Shown one piece after another: positions 1 to 10,849 of a DNA stretch of 64,000 bases. Each line of letters starts with the position of its first letter. Within the stretch, counting starts at the first letter, position 1. Position numbers and translations under genes: made by a program. The DNA is taken from contig NC_043003.1 of assembly GCF_006345805.1 (NCBI RefSeq), positions 98,518,001 through 98,582,000 of the forward strand, written 5' to 3'. The notes under the pieces were generated by a model, which saw nothing but the letters and a program-made list of their open reading frames with translations, was not told the origin of the DNA and searched no databases. This stretch comes from Octopus sinensis. Its lineage: Eukaryota.

Positions 1-366
1 GGTTTGTAAGGGAAATAACTATAAAGCATTTTTAGAGAGTTATAGCCAAAAAATAGCAAAAAAATGCATTAAAAATGGAAAAAAATATGATGGTAAATTT
101 TTTTTTAAAATCGTTGACTCATCGTAGACATTTTTAGAGAGTTACTTCCCTTTAAAAAAATGTGCATTAAAATGGAAAAAAATGATGGCAAATTATTTTT
201 AAAATCGTAGACTCATCGTAGACGCGCGCTAATACCCAGAAGGGCTCGATATGAATCACGACTATAAGATACCCGGTTTTGGTTAAACTGCACCGCAAAA
301 TGTGGGAGTAGTTAGGAATCTAAATCGGAGTAGACAGACACACAACCTTACTTTTATATATAAAGA
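1..366 (-). mobile_element. Non-autonomous Helitron, partial tandem copy cut by the window edge
   Basis: Homologous to 367-876. Its minus-strand 5' TC (366-365) directly follows the CTAG of the neighbouring copy. It has an internal ~60 bp sub-repeat (about 65-130 and 165-222) and lacks the neighbour's central segment. Confidence 0.7.
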
Positions 367-876
367 CTAGCAGTATCGCCCGGCGTTGCTCGGGTTTGTA
401 AGGGAAATAACTATATAAGCATTTTTAGATAGTTACTTCCCTTATAGATGCCAATTCGGGCTTTCTTAGCCATTTCTGTTTTGGTGTCTTCAAGCCATGA
501 AGTCGTTGTTCTAAAAGAACGCTGGTCTTCTTGACAACGCATTACGACGTTGATTTCTTTACACTCCCTTCCCCACAGCTTCACGAGGGAGGGAAGGGGG
601 AGAAGCAAACAGGTGCAGCTGTGAGCGTGGACGCCAACTCCGCCGCCATCGACGCACGAAAAATTATGCATTAAAATGGAATAAAAAATGATGTTAAATT
701 ATTTTTAAAATCGTAGACTCATCGTTGACGCGCGCTAATAGCCAGACGGGCTCGATATGAATCACGACTATAAGATACCCGAATTTGGTTAAACTGCACC
801 GCAAAATGTGGGAGGAGTTAGGAATCTAAATCGAAGGGGACAGACACTCACACAACTAGAGTTTTATATATATAGA
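367..876 (-). mobile_element. Non-autonomous Helitron (~510 bp)
   Basis: Minus strand starts TC(TATATATA), preceded by A, and ends CCCG-agcaacgc-CGGG hairpin ... CTAG, followed by T. These are canonical Helitron termini. No coding capacity. Confidence 0.75.
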
Positions 877-1094
877 TATATCTTCATTTGTGGCCATTAT
901 CATCACCGTCGCTGCCGCTGCCGCCGCCGCCGCCGCCGTCGTCTTCCTCGTCGTCATCCCCATCATTATCAATGGCACTATCTCTAACATGATGATGACG
1001 ACAATGATGATGATGGAAGAGAATCATCATCATCCCAAACATATTGTGACACTCTTCGTGTGACAGTATCTTTTACCTTTTATATTTTACTTGA

Positions 1095-1285
1095 TTCACT
1101 CATTTGACTGCAGCCATGCTGGGGCACCGACTTCAAGAGTTTTAGTCAAACAAATCGACTCCAGGAATTTTTTAGGCCTAGTACTTATTGTATCGGCGTC
1201 TTTTGCCGAAACACTGAGTAACAGGGACGTAAACATACAAACACGGGTTGTCATGCGGTGGTGGGTGACAAACACAGACGCATAG
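1095..1285 (-). mobile_element. SINE family A, 3' half
   Basis: Matches the tail (tcatttgactgc..ccatgctgg..gcaccg..gacgtaaaca) of the full copies at 8953-9372 and 48389-48800. Confidence 0.75.
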
Positions 1286-1867
1286 GCACACTCATATTGA
1301 TATACAGGACTAGCCAAGAGTCAACCGACAGTAAATCAAAACCATTTAATTCCAAGACTTATCTATGTTTGACAATTGAATGAATTCAATAAAAGCATCT
1401 GAATATGAAACATCATGAAAATTGTTCAAACTGAAGTCCTTGAGCGACACATTTTTTCCATTCGAATCAATACAGAATTCCTGATAGTATTTACGGAATT
1501 TTGAATTACAGCAATTATATGAAACTAATGTGGCCCGTTTAAGACTTCCCATTGGCTTGCCCTCCTGGTATTCGGTCAGTTGACAACATTTAACACAGTT
1601 TCTTTTATTTACTGACGGAATCAAAAACACTGCAGCATTTAGGTTAGTTTATCTTGGTTCATATTTCAAAACTCAGCGAAGTCATTCATTCCATTTATTC
1701 AACCCCTGCATCTATTTGGAACTCATAAGATATCGATGTTGTTATTGTTGCACTTATTGTTTAGCCAAGATCAAATATGTTAGATCAGAACTACAATCTA
1801 AAGGCAGTCATCAGATGATCACCCCATCCTTACTGTCATGATTTATTTAATAATTAAATAATATGGA

Positions 1868-2375
1868 AGGCGGCAAGCTGTCAGATTCGGTAGCACGCCG
1901 GCCAAAGTTCTGAGCAACATTTTGTCCGTCTTCACATTCTAAGTTCAAATTCCAGCGAGGCTGACTTTGCCTATCACCCTTTCCTGGTCGATAAAATAAA
2001 CACCAGTTGAGCACTGGGGTTTATGTAATGGACTAAGCCTCTCTCCATAAAATTTTTAGCCTTTGTTCCAAAATTTGAAACCAATTTAGTAATATATGGC
2101 AGTGGATTAAGAGATTTTTTAGAGTCTTCGATCAAATACATTCTGGTATTTCTTCTGAAATTTTACGCTCAGAGTTCACATCTTTTGTAGGTGAACTTCA
2201 CTTTTCATTGCTCCAGGTTCGATAAAATACAGTACCAGCCTACAGCGAGAGTCTTATAGTGTTGGACAAAATGACTTTCGGTATTTGTTCTCTTTCGGCT
2301 CTGGATTCGCGTCCCACCGAAGTTAACTTTGCTTTTCCTCATTCGCGGGTCAATAAAAAAAGAGTAGCAGTCCAG
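1868..2375 (+). mobile_element. Cluster of diverged SINE family B copies
   Basis: Head ggcggcaagctg..gagttcaaattcc and a gactttgcct-atcaccctttc..gtcgataaaat core at 1868-2080. Two more degraded core fragments at about 2160-2240 and 2265-2375. Confidence 0.6.
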
Positions 2376-2612
2376 GACGAGAACTGGAAGATTTGTTAGT
2401 GCTGGACTAAATGTCTTTCAGTATTTGTCTCGGAACTTTCCATTCTGTGGTTAAGTGCGACGACTTTGTTTACCGAGCTGTATCCGCTTCTGCCATTCCC
2501 TTGGACAACATTGGTATTGAAGAGAAGGGCTGAAATTTGCAGCATGAGTAAAAATAATTGCCGAAGCCGATGTTCAAGGGACACTGTAAACACTATGCTC
2601 CAAACAATATAA

Positions 2613-3014
2613 AAGGCGGCGAGCTGGCTGAAACGCTAGCACGCCGGGCGAAATGCTTAGCGGTATTTAGTCTGCCGCTACGTTCTGAGTTCAAATTCCG
2701 CCGATGTCGACTTTGCCTTTCATCCTTTCGGGGTCGATTAAATAAGTACCAGGTACGCACTGGGGTCGATATAATCGACTTAGTCCGTTTGTCTCTCTTT
2801 GTTTGTCCTTTCTGTGTTTAGCCACTTGTGGGTAGTAAAGAAATAGGTATTTTGTCTGCCGCTACGTTCTGAGTTCAAATTCTGCCTTTCATCCTATCCG
2901 GGTCGATTAAATAAGTACCAGATACGCACTGGGGTCGATGCAATCGACTTAATCAATTTGTCTGTCCTTGTTTGTCCCCTCTATGTTTAACCCCTTTTAG
3001 GCAATAAAGAAATA
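2613..3014 (+). mobile_element. SINE family B, head-to-tail dimer (tRNA-like head, Deu/Nin-type central domain)
   Basis: A/B-box head GGCGGCGAGCTGG..GAGTTCAAATTCC and core GTCGACTTTGCCTTTCATCCTTTCGGGGTCGAT..AAGTACCAG resembling the Deu/Nin SINE domain. A second 5'-truncated monomer restarts at about 2846 at the shared ggtatt. Confidence 0.85.
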
Positions 3015-3129
3015 AATATTTTAGTTATATACTTTTTCTCAGCACGCACAAACGCACGTTGGGGAAAAAGGATCAAGCATCTTCTCATATAGACACATAA
3101 GGTCGCTTTCCCGATTTTATTGCCGTATA

Positions 3130-3290
3130 TAGTCCCACTGGGCGAGCTGGCGGTCCGTCTAAGGGTTACTCATTTTTGACAACTGAGTGGACTTGAGCAA
3201 TGTAAGATGAAGCGTTTTGCACAAGAATACAAAGCATAGCCTTGTCTAGTAATCGAAACCACAGTCAGACGATCATGATAAGGAATTATT
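3130..3290 (-). mobile_element. Diverged SINE of a fourth family (V/Meta-domain-like)
   Basis: Minus strand reads B-box-like GGTTTCGATT, then ttgtgcaaaacgcttcatcttacattgctcaagtccactcagttgtcaaaaatgagtaacc, resembling the V/Meta SINE core. Confidence 0.45.
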
Positions 3291-3585
3291 TTGAGATTAT
3301 ATACACTTTACATCTAAATGAGTTTTAGCTCAAAAATCAGAATAAAATACTTCGTAAATTAAGTATGATTTTTACTGCAGATTCACAGAGGAAAAAATTA
3401 TAAACTGATGGTAATTAATTATGAAAAGGGATATTAATACGATTACAGTATTCTATTACCTAATTTTCAAGAGTTATATGTATGTGAGTGTATATATATT
3501 TGTGTGTGTGTGTGTATGTATGTGTAATTATATATATATATATTATATATATATATATGTATACATAATATATATATATATATAA

Positions 3586-3631
<46 letters not shown>

Positions 3632-3668
3632 ATATTATATATAAATATATATATATTACATATTAATA

Positions 3669-3701
<33 letters not shown>

Positions 3702-3779
3702 CTTAGGTGATATATATTCATATATATATATATAGTTATATATATATATATATATATATATATTCATATATATGTATAT

Positions 3780-3834
<55 letters not shown>

Positions 3835-4156
3835 TATTATATATATTATGTATGTATACACACACGCAGACACACTTATAAATAGAATCTACATAACGTC
3901 TCTGTTTGTTTGATTCAACAACGGCAGTGAAACTCTTGTCAATAAATTATCTAATAGGTTGGACTTTAGATCAATGACCTCTGATAAACTCGATAACTGG
4001 TTCAGAATCACGGGTGTGTGTGTGTGTGTGGTGTGCTGTGTGGCTGTGTGAGTGTACAGACATATACATATTTGAAGAGATATAGATACATATATAGATT
4101 TGTATATAAAGTGTATTTATCTGTATCTAACTTATATTTGTGGGAGCATATATATG

Positions 4157-4190
<34 letters not shown>

Positions 4191-4194
4191 ATAA

Positions 4195-4285
4195 CTGGCA
4201 CTTCGTCACTTACGACGACGAGGGGTCTAGTTGATCCGATCAACGGAACAACCTCATCGTGAAATTAATGTCACTCATTTCCTGG
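4195..4285 (-). mobile_element. SINE family C, 3' tail fragment
   Basis: ggcacttcgtcacttacgacgacgaggg..gatcaacggaaca matches 51301-51365. Confidence 0.65.
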
Positions 4286-4725
4286 TAAAATTGTATATAT
4301 ATATATATATATGATGCTCATCCCGCTTGATCTATGAATGTGTGGGTACTGGTATAATATTCAAATATACTTTACTTTTTCTATAAGAAAGCAGTCTGAA
4401 TGAGTAGCTTAAATATTTGTGCCCTCCATGGCTTTTACCCTTCCTGGAGAGATTGGTACCTAACGTAAGTATGTATGTATATTTGTATATTGAGCAATCT
4501 GCATCTCATGTTGACTCCTCTCTCTCTCTCCCATCCCCTGGTTGCGAATGTGTGTATATCGATCTATTAAATTATATATATATATAGGATATATAAATGT
4601 ATGTATGTATATCTAGTATAGATATATATATATATATATCTATATATATATATTATCTCTATATATGATATATTAATATAGGCATACATACATACATACA
4701 TACTTACATACATACATACATACAT

Positions 4726-4885
4726 ACAGGAGTGGTGTGTGGTAAGAAACTTGTTCCAAACACATATGGTTCCTGATTCAGTTCACTGCGTGGCACCTTG
4801 AGCGACTGTCTTCTACTACAGTTTCGGCCCGACTAAAGCCTTGAGATGGGATTTGGGGATGGAAACTGAAAGAAACCCGTCGTGT
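4726..4885 (+). mobile_element. SINE family A, 5' half
   Basis: tRNA-like head aggagtggtgtgtggtaag..ggttc..ttcagttc, followed by ggcaccttgagcgactgtcttc (CORE-like CCTTGGGCAAG motif in intact copies). Confidence 0.8.
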
Positions 4886-4958
4886 AAATACATACATAAA
4901 TATACATATATATATATATAGTTTATTTATATATATATAATATATATATATAATCAGA

Positions 4959-5575
4959 AAATGGGGAAAACTTTTGGTCAACAAAGAAACAAATTGGAAC
5001 ACATCGGTAGATTATTTTTAATACAAAACATGACGACATTTCTTACGGCCGTTTCTGCTTCCAATATGCGTGCAATAAAATAAACGTAGGGAAGGGGAAA
5101 TAGAAATGAATAGTGCCTCGAGAAGAGGCCGGGCAGCTCAATATATTAAAATTGATTTTAATATATTAAGCCTTTTGGCCTCTTCTCGAGACCCTATTCT
5201 TTCCTATTCTCTCTTCCCTTCGTATATTTTATTGTATGCATATGTATTCACTCTGATGAAGTCCCATATCGAATGTGTTATGAAGATGACGAATATTATT
5301 TTCGAAATTCTTTCGTAAGCACCGAGTGATATTGGAAGTAGAAACGGCCATAAGAAATATTATGTCATAGAAATGTTATGTCATGTTTTGTATTGAAAAA
5401 TAATCCGATTTGTTTGTTTGCTGATCAAAAGATTTCCCCATTTACTGTTTATTTAACTTTGATTCCTGATAAACTTTTGATTATTCTGTTGTTACCTGTA
5501 CCCTATGAGCATATATGACCGAGATAGACAGGTAATATGATACCTATGTAAATACGGAACTCTATCCCTTAGTCG
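4959..5575. repeat. Nested palindromic element (PLE-like terminus family P3)
   Basis: Outer inverted arms about 4959-5075 and 5315-5443. Inner palindrome 5062-5243 centred near 5153. Segment 5260-5575 is homologous, in reverse orientation, to 19590-19915. Confidence 0.7.
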
Positions 5576-5695
5576 GTATACAACGCAATTACCTTAAATA
5601 TGTATATATATATTATATATATATATATATATATGTGTGTGTCGGTGTGTGTGTGTGTGTGTGTGTGGTATGTGTGTGTGTGTGTTTGTGTGTGT

Positions 5696-5742
<47 letters not shown>

Positions 5743-5751
5743 ATTTCGTCA

Positions 5752-5881
5752 AATACTCTTTCTTTGAAGAGCGTAGGTTCGAACGTAAAAGATTTCTCAC
5801 TTTCCCGAGCGTCAAACTAATACACCTACTTGTTGTTCATACACCTGTCTTCGTCTTTTGTTTTTCTGTAAATTTCAACTA
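5752..5881 (+). mobile_element. Short PLE-like terminal repeat, family P2
   Basis: agagcgtaggttcgaacgtaaaaga..ttcccgagcgtcaaactaa..cctgtcttcgtcttttgt, shared with 28497-28625, 12447-12560 (reverse) and 36878-36945. Confidence 0.55.
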
Positions 5882-5954
5882 TACACGTGTGTGTGTGTGT
5901 ATTTGTGGTGTGTGTGTGTGTGTGTGTGTGTGTATTTGTGCTTCTTTCTCTGTC

Positions 5955-6140
5955 TGAGCTTGTTCCTCACCATCGCTTGAAAACCGGTGTTGGTGTATTT
6001 ACGTCCCCATAACCAAAGTTTCAGCAAAAAGACCGATGCAATAAGTACTGGGCTTACAACGAATAAGTCCTGAGGTCGATTTGTTCGTCTAAAGGCGGTG
6101 CTCCAGCATGGCTGCAGTCAAATAACTGAAGCAAGGAAAA

Positions 6141-6145
<5 letters not shown>
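5955..6145 (+). mobile_element. SINE family A, 3' half
   Basis: ccatcgcttga..ggtgtatttacgtcccc..ggcggtgctccagcatggctgcagtcaaataactgaa tail. Confidence 0.8.
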
Positions 6146-6184
<39 letters not shown>

Positions 6185-6193
6185 ATATATATA

Positions 6194-6398
6194 TAGTTAA
6201 TCCAAACAAGAAAGCACAAAAAAAAACACAACAACGCGATGATGTGGAACAAAATATAGTATTATTGGACGCTCAGGAAAGAAGAAAGAAGAGGGCTTCA
6301 ACGTTTCGAGCGGAGCTCTTCGTCGGAAACATAAGAGAATGAAAGATCAAGAGAAGGGAAGACAGAGGAAAAAATCGCCAACGGTACACACGAGGTCA
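6194..6398 (-). mobile_element. Short PLE-like terminal repeat, family P1
   Basis: Reverse complement of 7102-7308 and 13043-13244. Carries the CCGACGA-AGAGCtccGCTC-GAAACGTT motif on the minus strand (6300-6330). Confidence 0.6.
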
Positions 6399-6403
6399 TA
6401 TGT

Positions 6404-6459
<56 letters not shown>

Positions 6460-7018
6460 TGCCACAGGTTTTGTGTACCAAATATATTCACTTAGTATTG
6501 GCTACCCAGGATTATATTTCAAATAGACGTCGGCGCGAGGTACACAATTATACCCACAGCCGGGTGGATGAAACATAGAAATGAATAAAAGGACATGCGT
6601 ACGTGCATGCAGACACACACTCGTATATACAAACACAGTCACTCGCACAATCACACACACACAAATCCGTTCGCTCATAAACTTCATGTTTGTTCTTTAA
6701 TGAAAACGTACCGAGGGTTTATCTGATAGCCGGTCGCCTGTCCGCTCTGATAACACTAATCTGTTTCCCAAGTAATGGATGTACTTTTTCTTCGAATACA
6801 TTCATCTTCGAAAGTGCCAAGAAACCACAGATTGATTTGCTAATAGCAAACAACAACGTTATTATTGCTCAAAGTCTTTTTTATGTAAAACGTGATATGC
6901 ATGCATCCCCGCTCGTATGCACACGCGCGCACCCCTAACAATCCTATATATATATATGGAGAGAGATAGATATGTGTGTGTATGTGCACGTGTGTGTGTA
7001 TGCATGTAAGTATATGTG

Positions 7019-7051
<33 letters not shown>

Positions 7052-7101
7052 TCATATTCATATATATATATATATATTATATATATATATCATTCAAAAT
7101 G

Positions 7102-7307
7102 TGACCGCGTGTGTACCGTTGGCGATTTTTTTCCCTCTGTCTTCCCTTCTCTGGATCTTTCTTTCTCTTATGTTTCCGACGAAAAGCTCCGCTCGAAACG
7201 TTAAACCCTCCTTCTTCCCATCCTTCCTGAGCGTCCAATAATACTATAGTTGTTCCACGTCCTCGCGTTGTTGTGTTTTCTCTTTGTGTTTTCATGCTTG
7301 ATTAACT

Positions 7308-7308
<1 letters not shown>
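7102..7308 (+). mobile_element. Short PLE-like terminal repeat, family P1
   Basis: ~205 bp, flanked by (TA)n, inverted partner of 6194-6398. Hammerhead-like motif at 7172-7206. Confidence 0.6.
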
Positions 7309-7347
<39 letters not shown>

Positions 7348-7901
7348 GGTGGACTTCATTCTCTTAGTTTCACTTATAAATTCGTGATCTGTAACACGAA
7401 GTTACAGTAAAGACACTTGCGAACTTGCCATGCTCTAAGACAGAACGTGTGGTCCCGTGATAACAAAGTGAACTCTGTATCAACACAGCCACCTTAAATC
7501 TATACACACAAATCTGCATGGACATATTTTGTGTTGTATGTGTGTGTGTGAGTGTGAGTGAATATGGAGTATTTCTTTGGGCTATTACAGACGTGCACGC
7601 ACTCGTACACACATGTACACTCGCGTGTAAATGGGTATATTTTGTCTGTTTGAATGTGACCCAGTTGTTTGTTTACAGTTCAGCTAATTGTCGTCATAAC
7701 AATCAACGACGCCACAGCCAGCGTCACAATCATCTTCATCATTCTCGTCATCGTCGACACAGGAAGCATCAAAACCGTCATCGTCATCGCCATCGTCATG
7801 ATCACGATCATCATCGTTAACCTGCTCCTCTTCCTCCTCCACCTTCTCCTCCTCCTCCTCATCATCGTCGTCGTCGTGGCGTGGTCACCAGTATCATCTT
7901 T

Positions 7902-8136
7902 ACCTATTTCTTTACTACCCACAAGGGGCTAAACACAGAGAGGACAAACAAAGACAGACAAAGGGATTAAGTCGATTATATCAACCCAGTGCGTAACTGG
8001 TACTTAATTTATCGACCCCGAAAGGATGAAAGGCAAAGTCGACCTCGGCGGAACTTGAACTCAGAACGCAACGGCAGACGAAATACGGCTACGCATTTCG
8101 CCCGGCGTACTAACGTTTCTGCCATCTCACCGCCTT
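7902..8136 (-). mobile_element. SINE family B, full length
   Basis: Reverse complement of the 2613 and 25941 copies, from head to aagaaatagg tail. Confidence 0.9.
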
Positions 8137-8296
8137 TACCGTCATCATCGACACAAAATCCCTTCATCAACATAATATCAGTTACTTCTGCAGGCAGCGA
8201 AACTATCCTGGCAGGTACCTAAAAACCATGGTGTTATGCCTTTTTCATTGATGTTGTTGTTGTTGTTGCTACTGTTGCTGTCTTCTTCTTCTTCTT

Positions 8297-8327
<31 letters not shown>

Positions 8328-8620
8328 TTCTTCTTCTTCTTCCAATCAGGACTCACGCCATTAGCCACAAAGAATAGTCTCTAATTTGAGCCTACTCTAA
8401 GCTACTAAGAGCGCGTGTGGTAACTTGAAGATCTACCCACCAAAGTCGATATACAGGCGGTTGCACGGGCTCGAAAGCTACGTTGTTATCCTCATTCCGT
8501 AAACGGGTGGAGAGCTGAACCATCTTGGGGTACAGAGGATTCGCAATCTAGACTAGGGTCTGAAAATTTACTACAACATAGTGGGTTACACCATGGTTCC
8601 TCTACTTTGTGGCAGAAGTA

Positions 8621-8808
8621 GGAAGAAAGAGTGAGAGAAAGTTGTGGTGTAAGAGTGCAGCGGGGTTCACCCCCTTCCCCTGCCGGAGCCTCGTGGAGCT
8701 TTAGGTGTTTTTGCTCAATAAACACTCACAATGCCCGGTCTGGGAATCGAAACCGCGTTCTTATGACTGCGAGTCCGCAGCCCTAACCACTTTGCCATTG
8801 CGCCTCCA
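8621..8808 (-). mobile_element. SINE family C, 5' half
   Basis: Minus strand GGAGGCGCAATGGCAAAGTGGTTAGGGCTGCGGACTCGC..GGTTTCGATTCCCAGACCGGG tRNA-like head, as in the 51293-51681 copy. Confidence 0.85.
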
Positions 8809-8952
8809 TTACTGTTGCTGTTGTAACTGCTACAGTTATAGTTGTAAATTATTAAATCATCACTAATTGAGCAGATTCACAAACAAATCTATAGTATCCA
8901 TGACCATAATTTGTCTTTTGTTGGTGCAACTTTTGTCAAATCAGAGCACCCT

Positions 8953-9372
8953 TTACTTGTTTCAGTCGTTAGACTGCGGCTATGCTGGAACAGGGCCTTG
9001 GAAGAATTTTAGTAGAACGATTCGACCTCAATACGTTTTTTTTAAGACTGGTACTTATTCTATCGATCTCTTTCATTGAACCGGGGACGTAAAGACACAG
9101 AAACCGGTTGTCAAGCAGTGGTGGGGTATGGTGGGGTTCAACCACACAGACACAAAGACACATACATGCATATATATATATATATATATATATATCTATA
9201 TATATATACGACGGGCTTCTTTCAGTTTCCATCAACCAAATCCACTCAGAGTGGTTTGGTCGACCCGAGGCGATAGTAGAAGACAATGGCCCAAGGTGTC
9301 ACGCAGAGGGACTGAACCCAGAACCATGTGATTGAGAAGCAATCTTCTTACCACACACACACTCCTGCGCCT
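8953..9372 (-). mobile_element. SINE family A, full length
   Basis: Head (aggcgcaggagt..), internal (TA)n/(CA)n spacer and 3' tail all present. Confidence 0.85.
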
Positions 9373-9462
9373 GAACAGTGACACATGAAATCACTGACCG
9401 TCTAATTACTGTTTTATTAGCTAGCGGCTAGTCTTCGCTTAGTATACAATGTCAATATGTAC

Positions 9463-9507
9463 TTGCTACTGATGAAGCTCAAAGAAGTAGAAACCAGGAC
9501 TTAGCAA
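9463..9507 (+). ncRNA. Degenerate type I hammerhead-like motif
   Basis: TTGCTA-CTGATGA-agctcaaagaagta-GAAA-ccaggact-TAGCAA: a 6 bp helix I closes intact CUGAUGA and GAAA boxes. Helix III and the cleavage triplet are degraded. Confidence 0.45.
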
Positions 9508-9787
9508 TGCTACTGTCACTGCTGGACGTTTTTCGTTTCCTGCTGATAAATTTTTTTGTGTGTGTGTTTTGTGACTAATACAGTAGTTTCGAAGGTTTTC
9601 AACAAAATACAAGATATATGCTTTGTGTACGTCATATAGATTTCTAATCTGAACTAATATTATTTCCACCGAAAGGATTTTTTGTTCAATCGGTCGGCTA
9701 AATGCGACATGGGTGATATTTCAATGACTGTGGAACTATATCAACAGTCGGCTGATTTTCGTTTAGCATGCGCTACCTGTAGATACA

Positions 9788-9831
9788 TGTTACTGTTGAA
9801 GCTCAATAAAGCAAAAATCCGGATTTAGCAA
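9788..9831 (+). ncRNA. Degenerate type I hammerhead-like motif, second direct copy
   Basis: TGTTA-CTGTTGA-aGCTcaataaAGCa-aaa-ATCCGGAT-t-TAGCA: homologous to 9463-9507, with palindromic helix III ATCCGGAT and core substitutions. Confidence 0.4.
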
Positions 9832-10393
9832 TACTTTTTTCATTAGTTATGAGTTTGACACACTCATATCAGCATAATTTCCTGGGAGGTTATTAAAAAT
9901 ATTTTCAACAATACCGATGAACATATGAAATTGAGAAGTGTAGCACTACTATAAAACCGGTTCCTTATCTCTAATTTATTATGAACTCAATATCACAGAA
10001 AACAGAACCGTCTCCACTAGCTTTTACAGAACAACGGCATGCAGAGGCTGTTTCTGCATTATAGTTCATCCTTAAATATCAAAGCTAAGATGGTCTACCT
10101 TAGAAATAAGATATGAGATTCACAGGGTATGCGGTAACGGTAGCAAGACAAGAAACAAATTTTATTCCGAAAAGTACAGATGATGAATGTCTTTCCAAAC
10201 TTTATAACCAAACGTCAGAGCATTCCTGAAGAACCTAACAAAGCCCAAATATCCAAGGATAGCATGTGACTTTTGAAACTGTCACATTTTAACGAAAAAA
10301 AAAATAACTGATGCAATCCTCTGGCGATGCGTAGGGAAGGATTGAATAGACAATTAGCTCCCATCAGACGTCAATTACATTGCTTAACTGCCC

Positions 10394-10448
<55 letters not shown>

Positions 10449-10849
10449 GGTGTGTGTGTGTGTGTGTGTGTGTGTGGTCATACGTGTTGTATGAAATAAT
10501 ATGTAGTAAATGATATAAAATTCTACATTGGAAGTACCATAAAATAGTTATGCATAGAGGTTAAAGAACACCTTTATCCTAATGCTTCTTCCGTCTAAAA
10601 AAGAAAAAAAAGTACCTACGAATGTGTCGAAACTTGTCATCCTGGTTTTCACTGACTGTACAGAACGAAACATTGGGAACCTGAGAATAAAAGAAACCAT
10701 ATCGATTTCGAACAGCAAAACCGACCAGTTCATAGCTAATTAACTTCTATAGTCACGCTATCCTGCGCCTGCAAATCAACACTACAGAACAGAGAAACTA
10801 GCTCACAACCCTATTTATATATAAGTGAGTTTGAAGGGATATATTATCA

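Noticed and set aside
8340-8610. Possible LINE 3' end with a (GAA)n tail on the minus strand
   Set aside because: No recognisable protein motif and no second copy in the window; cannot be supported.
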